Positions 1 through 9,648 of a stretch of 64,000 nt of DNA are shown piece after piece. Within the stretch, counting starts at the first letter, position 1, and every line of letters begins with the position of its first letter. The notes beneath the pieces were generated by a model. It made no database searches. It was not told the origin of the DNA and was given only the letters and a program-made list of their open reading frames with translations. The DNA lies in contig WGMZ01000031.1 of NCBI GenBank assembly GCA_016124735.1, positions 121,992 through 185,991 on the forward strand, written 5' to 3'. Both the position numbers and the translations under genes were made by a program. This DNA comes from Bacteroidota bacterium. GTDB lineage: Bacteria > Bacteroidota > Bacteroidia > UBA8524.

Positions 1-12
1 GTAAACTGTTGA

Positions 13-780
13 TTAAGCTTCTGCTGCTTCTTCTTTGCTGGAAGCGGCATCCTCGCCCTGCTTTTGGGCTTCCATCTCTTCTTTTTCCTTTTTTCTTTCG
101 TTCAAACCTTCAGAGATAGCATCAGTCAGTAAGCGGGTAACCACTGAGATTGACTTAGCCGCATCGTCGTTTGCCGGAATTGGGAAATCGATAGGAGTTG
201 GATCGGAGTTGGTATCGCAAATAGCGAATACCGGAATATTTAACTTCAAAGCTTCTTTAACTGCGATATGCTCACGCTTCACGTCTACGATAAATAGAGC
301 TGCTGGCAGACGATTTAAGTCAGCGATACCGCCAAGAACACGTTGAAGTTTAATTTTCTCACGCTCGAACTGAAGACGTTCACGCTTTGAGATATTTGAA
401 AAAGTACCATCAGAAGCAAGCTTGTCGATGTTTTGCATCTTTTTAATGGACTTACGAACGGTAGCGAAATTGGTCAACATACCGCCGAGCCATCTTTCAG
501 TTACGTAAGGCATTTTTACACGATCTGCTTCCGCTGCAACAAGCTCTTTCGCTTGTTTTTTGGTAGCTACGAACATGACTTTACGGCCTGATTTTACTAT
601 GTTTTTAATGGCTGACTGAGCTTCTTCGAGTTTAGATTTCGTTTTGTTCAGATCAATGATGTGGATTCCATTCTGCTCCATAAAGATGAATGGAGCCATT
701 TTAGGATGCCACTTTTGGGTAAGGTGTCCAAAGTGTACACCTGCATCCAACAATTCCTGAATATTGATGTTTGATGACAT
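13..780 (-). CDS. rpsB: 30S ribosomal protein S2
   Basis: LLDAGVHFGH, RWLGGMLTNF and PANDDA motifs; follows rplM-rpsI. Confidence 0.99.
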   Translation of the reverse strand: MSSNINIQELLDAGVHFGHLTQKWHPKMAPFIFMEQNGIHIIDLNKTKSKLEEAQSAIKNIVKSGRKVMFVATKKQAKELVAAEADRVKMPYVTERWLGGMLTNFATVRKSIKKMQNIDKLASDGTFSNISKRERLQFEREKIKLQRVLGGIADLNRLPAALFIVDVKREHIAVKEALKLNIPVFAICDTNSDPTPIDFPIPANDDAAKSISVVTRLLTDAISEGLNERKKEKEEMEAQKQGEDAASSKEEAAEA

Positions 781-798
781 GTTTTCTCTTTGTAAAAA

Positions 799-1185
799 TT
801 AACGTTTGCTGAATTGGAATCTTCTTCTGGCTTTTTTCTGTCCAGGTTTCTTTCTTTCAACCATGCGTGAGTCACGCGTGAGAAGACTGTCAGGTTTCAA
901 TGCTAAACGATGCTCGGGGTTAATCTCACAAAGAGCTTTAGCGATAGCCAGACGAATAGCTTGCGCTTGTCCGGTTATACCGCCACCATCAACATTCACT
1001 TTAACATCATACTTTCCGAGGGTTTCAGTCTTGTTGAAAGGAAGGGTTACCTCGTACTGAAGCAGTGGCGAAGGGAAAAAGCCTGCTAATTCCTTGCCGT
1101 TGATTTCAATCTTGCCTTCACCGGGAGTTAAATAAACCCGGGCGACAGCAGTTTTTCTTCTGCCTGATGTGTTGGTCACTTCCAT
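799..1185 (-). CDS. rpsI: 30S ribosomal protein S9
   Basis: GRRKTAVARV, GGGITGQA, C-terminal QFSKR. Confidence 0.99.
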   Translation of the reverse strand: MEVTNTSGRRKTAVARVYLTPGEGKIEINGKELAGFFPSPLLQYEVTLPFNKTETLGKYDVKVNVDGGGITGQAQAIRLAIAKALCEINPEHRLALKPDSLLTRDSRMVERKKPGQKKARRRFQFSKR

Positions 1186-1195
1186 GTATAGTATA

Positions 1196-1639
1196 TTACA
1201 AGTTTATTTCTTTGGGTTGCTGAGCTGCATGCGGATGCTCGTTACCTTCGTAAACGAAAAGATTACCAAACACCTCACGACCCAAACGGTTTTTAGGCAG
1301 CATGCCTTTTACCGCGATCTCGATCAGAGAGACAGGTTTTCTTTTCAATTGATCTTTTGCCAAAGTCACTTTACGCCCTCCAGGATATCCTGAATAAGTC
1401 TGGTATTCTTTGGTTTCCATTTTGTCGCCGGTCAAACGAACCTTTTCTGCGTTGATGATAATAACGCAATCGCCACAATCCACGTGTGGAGTGAAGCTAG
1501 GTTTGTGTTTGCCACGAATGATTTTTGCCACTTCAGATGACAAACGACCCAAGGTCTTGTCTTCTGCGTTCACTACGAACCATTCTTTTTGAACGGTCTG
1601 TGCGTTGGCCGAAATTGTCTTATAACTAAGGGAATTCAC
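1196..1639 (-). CDS. rplM: 50S ribosomal protein L13 (GTG start)
   Basis: LGRLSSEVA, GKHKPSFTPHVDCGD, GMLPKN, HPHAAQQP. Confidence 0.99.
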   Translation of the reverse strand: MNSLSYKTISANAQTVQKEWFVVNAEDKTLGRLSSEVAKIIRGKHKPSFTPHVDCGDCVIIINAEKVRLTGDKMETKEYQTYSGYPGGRKVTLAKDQLKRKPVSLIEIAVKGMLPKNRLGREVFGNLFVYEGNEHPHAAQQPKEINL

Positions 1640-1674
1640 AGCTCTATGTTAATAATTGTTTCTTAAAAGGACGG

Positions 1675-1706
1675 CAAAGGTAAGACGATTGGAATTAATA
1701 TACAAG
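1675..1706 (-). promoter_or_regulatory. Bacteroidota primary-sigma promoter of the rplM-rpsI-rpsB operon
   Basis: Minus strand CTTG-N20-TACCTTTG, close to the TTTG-N19..21-TAnnTTTG consensus. Confidence 0.7.
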
Positions 1707-1778
1707 ACGCCTTTTTAGTTTAGAACAGCGGGTACGAAGTTTATTCAATTTCATCCTTCCTGACCCGGCAGGCAATTT

Positions 1779-2237
1779 TTAATTTCCAATATACAGGACA
1801 TTCCCCTGCCTGGCCACATTATACGATTTCATTGCCGTATTGGCCGGCCCCTGAACCGGAAATCCGTCGGGCAATTGAAAACGGCTGTCGCAACATTTCA
1901 CGTATTCGTTGTTTGTGTACTGCCCACAAAACATATATATGTGTGTGGTGCTGTCCATCCAAAGAACTGAACAATCTTTTGTCGGCTCATAAGGACAGGC
2001 ACGGTCGTATGCATAATATTGGTCATCGTAGCCATGGTAAACGATGAGTCCATGGTATCCATCCGGAAAATACATCCAATTGCCCATAATCGTCAAGTCA
2101 AAATACCCGGGTAAGCTGAGGTTCACCTGCAGGCTAACCGGAACGTTGGGAATTGGCGTCTGATTCGTAGATGACCTTTTCTTGCAAGAGAAACTCATCC
2201 AGCTTAACAGGATAAAGATGCTAACTATCTTTTTCAT
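1779..2237 (-). CDS. Lipoprotein with Rieske-like Cys-rich domain
   Basis: Signal peptide ending FSC; AYDRACPY, CCDSRF and GPA resemble a Rieske-type fold. Confidence 0.65.
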   Translation of the reverse strand: MKKIVSIFILLSWMSFSCKKRSSTNQTPIPNVPVSLQVNLSLPGYFDLTIMGNWMYFPDGYHGLIVYHGYDDQYYAYDRACPYEPTKDCSVLWMDSTTHIYMFCGQYTNNEYVKCCDSRFQLPDGFPVQGPANTAMKSYNVARQGNVLYIGN

Positions 2238-2258
2238 CGTTTAATAAACGTTTGCCTG

Positions 2259-3104
2259 CTATGAATCGTATTTATAAAAGCCCTGTCCGGATTTCCTGCC
2301 GTGATGACCTGCATCTACTTTTTGTTGCTGGATGCGGCTTGGCCTAAACTTGGAATCCTGATGAAACAACTGATACATGCTGGAAGTCACGCTAAAATTG
2401 GTATCCACTCCTATTAGATCCATTAAACGGAAGGGTCCCATTTTAAATCCTATATTTTCAAGGAGACGATCAATCTGTGCATGGTCAGCGACTCCCTCCT
2501 CCAGCACTTTTAATCCCTCTACATAATAGTGACGCGCCACGCGATTCACAATAAAGCCCGGAGCATCTTTCGCCATTACCGGTGTTTTCCCAATGCCCTT
2601 AATCAAATCACGGGCCTTTTGAGCTATTTCATCATCGGTATGCGCTCCCGAGATTATTTCCACCAACTTCATGATATGGGCCGGGTTGAAAAAATGAACC
2701 CCCACCACCCGTTCCGGATGATCAACCTTGGCAGCTATTTGAGTGATTGGGATAGATGAAGTATTGGTAGCGAAAATGGTTTCGGCGTCATTTTGGGCGG
2801 CCAGTCGATTGAATAAGTCAATCTTCAAATCCAGTTTTTCTAAAATTGCTTCAATGATGAAATCAGCCTTCAAATCTGAAAATACCGTAGTAAATGAGAG
2901 TTTTTTCAGGGCCCTTGCCTTTCCTGATTCATCTAATTTGCCTATTTCAACCGCTTTACTAAGATGTTTAAGAATGGATTTCTCTGCCCGTTCGATCGCT
3001 TCAGTTTGCAAGTCGTAAACCATGGTTTCGTAACCCGCCATTGCAAAAACCTGGGCTATTCCGCTACCCATTGTTCCTGCACCTATGACCGCAATTTTCT
3101 TCAT
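2259..3104 (-). CDS. 3-hydroxybutyryl/3-hydroxyacyl-CoA dehydrogenase
   Basis: GAGTMGSGIA Rossmann motif, ATNTSS, HFFNPA, PGFIVNR. Confidence 0.95.
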   Translation of the reverse strand: MKKIAVIGAGTMGSGIAQVFAMAGYETMVYDLQTEAIERAEKSILKHLSKAVEIGKLDESGKARALKKLSFTTVFSDLKADFIIEAILEKLDLKIDLFNRLAAQNDAETIFATNTSSIPITQIAAKVDHPERVVGVHFFNPAHIMKLVEIISGAHTDDEIAQKARDLIKGIGKTPVMAKDAPGFIVNRVARHYYVEGLKVLEEGVADHAQIDRLLENIGFKMGPFRLMDLIGVDTNFSVTSSMYQLFHQDSKFRPSRIQQQKVDAGHHGRKSGQGFYKYDS

Positions 3105-3122
3105 GGAGCGAAGATAGATAAA

Positions 3123-3207
3123 GAGTACATAAGTACTAAGTACAAATGTACGAGAGACAAGAGACGAGAAACCTGCAACCTGTACCCATGACCATAGGCC
3201 ATAAACT
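3123..3207. repeat. Degenerate 7-bp-period tandem repeat tract
   Basis: aagtact aagtaca ... gagagac aagagac gagaaac ctgcaac ctgtacc ... cataggc cataaac. Confidence 0.55.
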
Positions 3208-3237
3208 AAAAAACCCCGCCGGATTGCTCCAACGGGG
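3208..3237 (-). terminator. Rho-independent terminator of ald
   Basis: Minus strand CCCCGTTGGA-GCAA-TCCGGCGGGG followed by T6. Confidence 0.85.
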
Positions 3238-3260
3238 ATCTTAAATATTCTAAGTATCGA

Positions 3261-4376
3261 TTAATTCAATACAGATTCAACCGGAGTGTAATCCAAATTG
3301 AAAGCTTCGGCAACACCGTGGTATACCACTTTTCCACCTACAACGTTCAAACCAAGTTTCAACTCATTGTTGTCGCTGCACGCTTTTTTCCATCCTTTTT
3401 CTGCCAATTGCAGGGCATAAGGAAGGGTAGCATTGGTCAATGCCAAGGTTGAAGTGTAAGGCACTGCTCCAGGCATATTTGCCACGCAATAGTGGATTAC
3501 ATCATCCACAGTATAAATTGGTTCTGCGTGTGTTGTTGGACGAGAAGTTTCAAAACATCCTCCCTGATCGATGGCTACGTCGCAAATTACCGCCCCTTTT
3601 TTCATAGTTGGAAGCATGTCGCGCGTAATTAATTTTGGCGCTTTCGCCCCCGGAATCAAGACACCCCCGATAACGAGGTCCGCATTTTTGATTTCCTCTC
3701 TGATATTGTACTCGTTGCTGTATTCTGTTTTGATATTCGCTGGCATGAGATCATCCAACTGACGCAAACGAGGAAGAGAAATATCCATAATGGTTACATC
3801 CGCTCCCAGTCCTGCAGCCATTTTTGCTGCCTGAGTACCTACGATACCGCCACCAAGAACAACCACTTTTGCCGGTTTCACCCCTGGTACGCCTCCTAAA
3901 AGGATTCCACGTCCACCCATAGGCTTCTCAAGGTATTTAGCTCCTTGCTGAACAGACATTCTACCAGCAACTTCAGACATTGGGATGAGGAGAGGAAGAG
4001 AACGATCGGTTTTTTCAACGGTTTCGTAAGCCAGACAAACAGCCCCTGATTTAATCATGGCATGTGTCAGAGGCTCATACGATGCAAAGTGGAAGTATGT
4101 GAAAACCAGCTGATCCTTTTTAATCAGAGGGTATTCCGATTCAATCGGCTCTTTCACCTTAATAATCATCTCTGCGATGGCGTATGTTTCCTCAATAGTT
4201 GGGAGCATGCTTGCACCCGCATTGATGTATTCTTCATCAGCAAATCCACTGCCCAGTCCGGCAGTCGATTGAACATACACTGTATGTCCGCGTTTTACGA
4301 ATTCGGTAACACCGGCAGGGGTCACACCTACCCGGTTTTCGTTATTCTTGATCTCTTTTGGAACTCCTATGATCAT
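3261..4376 (-). CDS. ald: Alanine dehydrogenase
   Basis: GVPKEIKNNENRV, KVKEP, FTYFHFA, PMSEVAGR, DVAIDQGGC. Confidence 0.97.
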   Translation of the reverse strand: MIIGVPKEIKNNENRVGVTPAGVTEFVKRGHTVYVQSTAGLGSGFADEEYINAGASMLPTIEETYAIAEMIIKVKEPIESEYPLIKKDQLVFTYFHFASYEPLTHAMIKSGAVCLAYETVEKTDRSLPLLIPMSEVAGRMSVQQGAKYLEKPMGGRGILLGGVPGVKPAKVVVLGGGIVGTQAAKMAAGLGADVTIMDISLPRLRQLDDLMPANIKTEYSNEYNIREEIKNADLVIGGVLIPGAKAPKLITRDMLPTMKKGAVICDVAIDQGGCFETSRPTTHAEPIYTVDDVIHYCVANMPGAVPYTSTLALTNATLPYALQLAEKGWKKACSDNNELKLGLNVVGGKVVYHGVAEAFNLDYTPVESVLN

Positions 4377-4440
4377 GACACATTGTTAAAAGTGCGGCAA
4401 ATATATATTTTTTCCGCTTTCAGGAACGAGGTTTTGGAGA

Positions 4441-4527
4441 TAGTTTTAGATTTGAGTTTATTGTTTATAGTTTATTGTTTATCAGGTTGTTAATTCCCTT
4501 GAAACTATAAACCATAGACGACTAAAC
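4441..4527. repeat. Inverted pair of heptamer runs with no gene between them
   Basis: agtttat tgtttat agtttat tgtttat ... aaactat aaaccat agac. Confidence 0.6.
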
Positions 4528-4908
4528 CTACTTCACGGCAATCACTGAAATCTCTACATTCACATTTTTTGGCAGTGTTTTCACTGCCACTGTTTCCCGT
4601 GCTGGAAAATCATTCTGAAAATAGGCCCCATATACCGCATTGACCTGCTGAAACAGGTTCATATCAGAAAGGAAGATGCTCGTTTTAACCACATGACTCA
4701 GATCCATATCCGCCGCTTTCAACACCTCCTGAATATTCTTCATCGCCTGAACAGTTTCCTGTTCTATGTTGTCCATTACCAACTCACCTGTTCCCGGATT
4801 GATGGCTATCTGGCCACTGCAATACAAAGTGCCATTCACCAAAACGGCCTGACTATAAGGTCCAATAGGAGCTGGGGCATTTAGGGAAGTAATGATTCTT
4901 TTTTCCAT
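4528..4908 (-). CDS. ridA: RidA (YjgF/YER057c/UK114) family enamine deaminase; possible longer start at 5022
   Basis: APAPIGPYSQA, SGQIA, FPARETV, NVEIS. Confidence 0.92.
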   Translation of the reverse strand: MEKRIITSLNAPAPIGPYSQAVLVNGTLYCSGQIAINPGTGELVMDNIEQETVQAMKNIQEVLKAADMDLSHVVKTSIFLSDMNLFQQVNAVYGAYFQNDFPARETVAVKTLPKNVNVEISVIAVK

Positions 4909-4961
4909 GGCTGTATGTTCTTCTTGTTTATTTTTGTGCTCAGAATCCTCCTCAGTCCCGC

Positions 4962-5618
4962 ATGAATATAGCACTAACTGGCCCAACAAACAGGAAAGAA
5001 GAATGGAAGTCGAAAGTCGCATCAAGCTGCAATATACTTGAATTTGACTTCGGAAAAGAAGTGCCTGCCCACGACGTTTTGGTTGATCTCAACTTCGACG
5101 ATCATCCCGAAAGAATCCTTGCCTATGCGCAGTTGGAAAGCCCATTAATCCTTTCATGCGTGAAAATTCAACTGCTGGGCGTGCTGGCTCATTTTGGAAT
5201 ACATCACAAAAAGAATGTTTTTGGAATCAATGCCATCCCTACCTTTATTCATCGCGAATTGAACGAGATGAGCATAGCTTTCGAAAGTGAAAGAAGCCTT
5301 GGCGATAAACTTTGCGAAGAAATTGGCATCAAGCCAGACTGGGTCCAAGACCGCGTGGGTTTGGTAACCGCTCGGGTCTTATTCATGATCATCAATGAAG
5401 CTTATTATACCGTGCAGGAAGGCACTGCCGGGAAATCAGATATCGATACCGGTATGAAGCTCGGCACTGCCTATCCCAATGGCCCTTTCGAATGGCTGGA
5501 AAAAATCGGCATCCGGGATGTTTACGAGGTACTGGACTCTCTCTATCAAGATACCCGTGAAGAACGATATAAAGTATGTTCTTTGCTTAAGACGGAGTAT
5601 TTGCAGTCAGTTTTGTAG
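4962..5618 (+). CDS. 3-hydroxyacyl-CoA dehydrogenase C-terminal-domain protein
   Basis: RVLFMIINEA, DIDTGMKLGTAYPNGPFEW; no canonical GxGxxG; TATTTTTG -7 element at 4929-4936. Confidence 0.85.
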   Translation: MNIALTGPTNRKEEWKSKVASSCNILEFDFGKEVPAHDVLVDLNFDDHPERILAYAQLESPLILSCVKIQLLGVLAHFGIHHKKNVFGINAIPTFIHRELNEMSIAFESERSLGDKLCEEIGIKPDWVQDRVGLVTARVLFMIINEAYYTVQEGTAGKSDIDTGMKLGTAYPNGPFEWLEKIGIRDVYEVLDSLYQDTREERYKVCSLLKTEYLQSVL

Positions 5619-5640
5619 TTAATAAATGCTAAATGGAAAA

Positions 5641-5668
5641 TCGATGTTAGACATTCGATCCTCGACAT
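5641..5668 (+). repeat. Heptamer run upstream of the four-helix-bundle gene
   Basis: TCGATGT TAGACAT TCGATCC TCGACAT. Confidence 0.6.
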
Positions 5669-5778
5669 GTAATATTCCTGGAAAGGGTGTTCAACACATG
5701 GCATGATTAATTTTGACTGGTATTAAATAATGTCTGATCAGCTTGGAATATAGATTGATTCGTTTCTGGTAAACGTCA

Positions 5779-6138
5779 ATGAATTCAATAAACAATTTCC
5801 GCAAGTTGGAAATCTACACCCGCAGTCTGAAATTAGCTTGCGAGATAATCCAAATTACAGATGATATTCGCCCCTTTCGATTGGGCGAGCAATTGGCTGG
5901 CTCATGTATCTCTGTTCCAAGTAATATTGCAGAAGGTTCTGTAAAATATTCAACGAGAGATTTTATTCGGTACTTAGAATACGCAAGCGGATCGATTGCC
6001 GAACTGCAGACTCAGTTATATATATTAAAAGCTAAAAACATTCTTGTTTCATCCAAAATAGAGGCATGGGTAAAAGAAGCCGAATCCATAGCATCCATGA
6101 TTCATATGCTGATTCAGCTTAAGAAGAAGTCCATTTAA
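5779..6138 (+). CDS. Four-helix-bundle protein (23S rRNA IVP / Avd-like family)
   Basis: FRKLEIY, SVPSNIAEG, FIRYLEYASGSIAELQTQL; 119 aa; AT-rich. Confidence 0.92.
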   Translation: MNSINNFRKLEIYTRSLKLACEIIQITDDIRPFRLGEQLAGSCISVPSNIAEGSVKYSTRDFIRYLEYASGSIAELQTQLYILKAKNILVSSKIEAWVKEAESIASMIHMLIQLKKKSI

Positions 6139-6166
6139 CTTTTACAACGCCCTCAAAAGATTGAGG

Positions 6167-6197
6167 CGAATTTCGAGCGTCGAAAATCCAACGTCTA
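6167..6197 (-). repeat. Heptamer run downstream of the four-helix-bundle gene, inverted relative to 5641-5668
   Basis: Minus strand TAGACGT TGGATTT TCGACGC TCGAAAT TCG; the first TAG is the fcl stop codon. Confidence 0.6.
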
Positions 6198-7121
6198 AGT
6201 TCTACTTAAAAAGTCCTCATACGCCAACCCAATTCCCTCTTCCAAAGAAGTCTTTGGCTTGAATCCCATTTTGTTTAAAGTGGAAACATCCATCAGTTTG
6301 CGCGGGGTACCATCCGGTTTATCCGTATTGAAGCGGAGCTCTCCTTCATAACCTATTACCTTCTTTATCAAAAGAGCCAGGTCTTTGATGCTTATATCTT
6401 CTCCTACCCCAACATTCACAAAAAGCTTCTCATTATACTTCTGCATAAGCAGGTAGCAGGCGTCGGCTAAATCATCTGCAAACATGAATTCACGCAATGG
6501 TGATCCGGTGCCCCAAATTTCAACTGATGCTGCCCCACTCTCTTTTGCTTCGTGGAACTTTCGAATGAGAGCCGGTAACACATGGCTGTTTTCGGGATGG
6601 TAATTGTCGTTGTATCCATAAAGATTGGTCGGCATCACCGCAACAAAATTATCTCCATACTGGTCGCGGTAAGATTCACATAATTTGATGCCTGCAATTT
6701 TCGCGATGGCATAAGGCTCGTTGGTTGGCTCCAATAATCCAGTTAGCAGATACTCCTCCTTCAAGGGCTGTGGCGCCAGTTTCGGATAAATGCAGGAAGA
6801 ACCAAAAAACATCAATTTCTTTACCCCAAATCGATGGCTTTGATGAATGATATTGCTTTCTATCATCAGGTTGTCATACAGAAATTCTGCTCGATAGGTA
6901 TTGTTGGCTACAATGCCTCCTACCTTGGCTGCGGCCAGAAAAACATATTCCGGACGTTCCATTTCAAAGAAGGCTTCAACAGCCAACTGATCACGAAGGT
7001 CAAGTTCTTTTGAGGTTCTGGTGATGATTTGGTCGTATCCTTCCTTCTCCAGCTTTCTCATCACAGCTGAACCCACCATACCCCGATGTCCGGCAATGTA
7101 AATTCTGGATGATTTCTCCAT
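6195..7121 (-). CDS. fcl: GDP-L-fucose synthase
   Basis: [29 protein letters not shown]. Confidence 0.97.
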   Translation of the reverse strand: MEKSSRIYIAGHRGMVGSAVMRKLEKEGYDQIITRTSKELDLRDQLAVEAFFEMERPEYVFLAAAKVGGIVANNTYRAEFLYDNLMIESNIIHQSHRFGVKKLMFFGSSCIYPKLAPQPLKEEYLLTGLLEPTNEPYAIAKIAGIKLCESYRDQYGDNFVAVMPTNLYGYNDNYHPENSHVLPALIRKFHEAKESGAASVEIWGTGSPLREFMFADDLADACYLLMQKYNEKLFVNVGVGEDISIKDLALLIKKVIGYEGELRFNTDKPDGTPRKLMDVSTLNKMGFKPKTSLEEGIGLAYEDFLSRT

Positions 7122-8258
7122 CTATTCGAAATAATTCATCGTTTGAAATCCGCCCTCTTTCAGGAATTGATCTTTTTGCATCAGGTGCATGTCACTTTGC
7201 ATCATGTCTGCCACCAAAGCAGGCAAATCGTATTTTGGTTGCCAATTCAGAGCTTCCTTCGCTTTGCTTCCATCTCCAATCAATAATTCCACCTCTGTCG
7301 GACGGTAATATTTAGGGTCAACTTTCACTACTTCCTGTCCTATTTTAACAGCATCGGGTTTCACGCCAAATGCAAGCGCCTTTTTCTCTTCGATGGAAAT
7401 CACTTTGCCTGTTTCGCTTTCGGCAGAGCCCTTGAATTCCAACTCAATCCCAGCTTCCGCAAAACTCATTTTTACAAAATCCCGCACAGTCGTTGTAATT
7501 CCGGTTGCCACCACAAAATCATCTGCATGATCATGTTGCAAAATCTTCCACATGGCCTCCACATAATCTTTGGCATGACCCCAATCGCGCTGTGCATCCA
7601 GATTTCCGAGGTAAACGGACTCTTGGAGTCCCAACAGAATTCTCGATGTTGCCCTTGTAATTTTCCGGGTTACAAAGGTTTCCCCGCGAATGGGAGATTC
7701 ATGATTGAAGAGGATGCCGTTGCTGGCATAAATGCCGTATGCTTCCCGATAATTCACGGTGATCCAGTACCCGTACAATTTAGCCGCCGCATAGGGCGAA
7801 CGCGGGTAAAAAGGAGTCTTTTCATTTTGAGGTACTTCCTGAACCAAACCGTACAATTCAGAGGTGGACGCCTGGTAAAACCGCGTTTTCTTTTCCAGAC
7901 CCAAAATGCGAATGGCTTCAAGAATACGAAGCACGCCTATTCCATCTGCATTGGCTGTATATTCCGGAGTTTCAAATGAAACTTTTACATGCGATTGAGC
8001 CGCGAGGTTATAAATCTCATCCGGTTGCGTTTCCTGAATGATGCGAATGAGGTTTGTTGAATCCGTCATGTCTCCATAATGAAGATGAAACCGCAGGTTC
8101 TTCTCATGGGGATCCTGGTACAGGTGGTCGATCCGGTCGGTATTGAACAAGGAACTTCTCCTTTTGATACCATGCACCACGTAGCCTTTGTTCAAAAGAA
8201 ATTCAGCCAGGTATGCCCCGTCTTGTCCTGTTACTCCCGTAATCAGCGCAACTTTCAT
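7122..8258 (-). CDS. gmd: GDP-mannose 4,6-dehydratase
   Basis: [35 protein letters not shown]. Confidence 0.98.
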   Translation of the reverse strand: MKVALITGVTGQDGAYLAEFLLNKGYVVHGIKRRSSLFNTDRIDHLYQDPHEKNLRFHLHYGDMTDSTNLIRIIQETQPDEIYNLAAQSHVKVSFETPEYTANADGIGVLRILEAIRILGLEKKTRFYQASTSELYGLVQEVPQNEKTPFYPRSPYAAAKLYGYWITVNYREAYGIYASNGILFNHESPIRGETFVTRKITRATSRILLGLQESVYLGNLDAQRDWGHAKDYVEAMWKILQHDHADDFVVATGITTTVRDFVKMSFAEAGIELEFKGSAESETGKVISIEEKKALAFGVKPDAVKIGQEVVKVDPKYYRPTEVELLIGDGSKAKEALNWQPKYDLPALVADMMQSDMHLMQKDQFLKEGGFQTMNYFE

Positions 8259-8322
8259 GTTAATTTTACCTTAATTTGAAGAAATTTGGAATAACTGCGA
8301 AACTAAGGGATTTCGACCAGAC

Positions 8323-9648
8323 ATGATCACCATCTACTCAGAGAACAAAAGTCCGCGTTTGCTTTACACTTTGGAAGTGATCTTTAAAAGGTGTCTGGGG
8401 CTGGATTATAAACTAATCACCGATTGGGATAAGTTTAAGAAGATCGATCTTCCACGCATCAACTATTCGGAAAGAGATTATAAAAAGAGCCTTCGTATCG
8501 TGCCTCACAAGCTTCTATTTGAAGATGAAATTCGTGACATCAATCCGAAGGTAAAAGACTGGGATGGACTACCGGCGTTTTTTCAAACCTACAAAAAAGG
8601 CGATTGTCCCTTCGATCTGTTTGCCGCCACCTTTTATCTGGTGAGCCGATACGAAGAATACCTGGATTTCAAGCCAGACCAACACGGGCGCTTTCCTGCC
8701 ACGGAAAGTCTGGCCTATAAAGAAGAATTTCTGGAGCAACCCATAGTGAACGACTGGGCAGCACGCCTGGTTGCGCTGCTCGAAAAGGATTATCCGGACT
8801 ATGCGTTTCAACACAATGACTTTCAGTTTATCAGCACCATTGATGTCGATATGGCATTCAGCTACAAACACAAAGGAGTTTGGAGAAACCTGGGCGGATT
8901 CACTCGGGAACTTTTGAACCTCGATTTAAAAAAGCTTGACAAAAGAATCCGGGTACTGACAGACCAGGAAGAAGATCCTTTCGACAATTTCCGGTACCAG
9001 GAAAAACTGCATGACAGTCTGGGTGTCGAAGTGATTTATTTCATCCTGCTGGGCGATCATGGTAAATACGACAAGAATATTGACTGGGACAACGATGCGT
9101 TTGTCGACATCATTCAATCTCTGGCGGAAAAACATGAAGTGGGAATACATCCATCTTACTATTCCAACAAAGTGAAAAAGAAGGTCGGTGAAGAAATTGA
9201 ACGATTGCAATCAATTACTGTTAGTACCATTGAAAGCAGCCGTCAGCATTTCTTAAAACTCGACATCCGAGAAACCTACAAAGTACTGATGCAAAATGGA
9301 ATATTGAGGGACCATTCAATGGGCTATTCGGAGGTGACAGGATTCAGAGCGGGAATTTGCTCTTCCTATCCGTTTTTCGATTTAGTAAAAAATGAATCCC
9401 GGGAATTTATTTTATACCCTTTTGCAGTGATGGATGTCGCGCTCAATCATTTTATGAAACTTAGTCCCGAGGAGGCCATACAGAAAGTTCAGCTGCTTAT
9501 GGACCGGGTTAAAAAACATAAAGGGCTTTTTATCAGTGTCTTTCATAATGAATCGCTGAGCGATTTTGACAATTGGGAAGGATGGAGAACGGTTTACGAA
9601 GCTATCCTCCAAATGGCAACACATGAGCATTATTCAGTACCTGCGTAA
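8323..9648 (+). CDS. Polysaccharide deacetylase-like protein
   Basis: STIDVD, EVGIHPSY, RQHFLK, DHSMGY, GFRAG, SVFHN motifs. Confidence 0.75.
   Translation: MITIYSENKSPRLLYTLEVIFKRCLGLDYKLITDWDKFKKIDLPRINYSERDYKKSLRIVPHKLLFEDEIRDINPKVKDWDGLPAFFQTYKKGDCPFDLFAATFYLVSRYEEYLDFKPDQHGRFPATESLAYKEEFLEQPIVNDWAARLVALLEKDYPDYAFQHNDFQFISTIDVDMAFSYKHKGVWRNLGGFTRELLNLDLKKLDKRIRVLTDQEEDPFDNFRYQEKLHDSLGVEVIYFILLGDHGKYDKNIDWDNDAFVDIIQSLAEKHEVGIHPSYYSNKVKKKVGEEIERLQSITVSTIESSRQHFLKLDIRETYKVLMQNGILRDHSMGYSEVTGFRAGICSSYPFFDLVKNESREFILYPFAVMDVALNHFMKLSPEEAIQKVQLLMDRVKKHKGLFISVFHNESLSDFDNWEGWRTVYEAILQMATHEHYSVPA

Noticed and set aside
5779..6138. Diversity-generating retroelement or 23S rRNA intervening sequence
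   Set aside because: No reverse transcriptase, TR/VR pair or rRNA sequence seen in the window.
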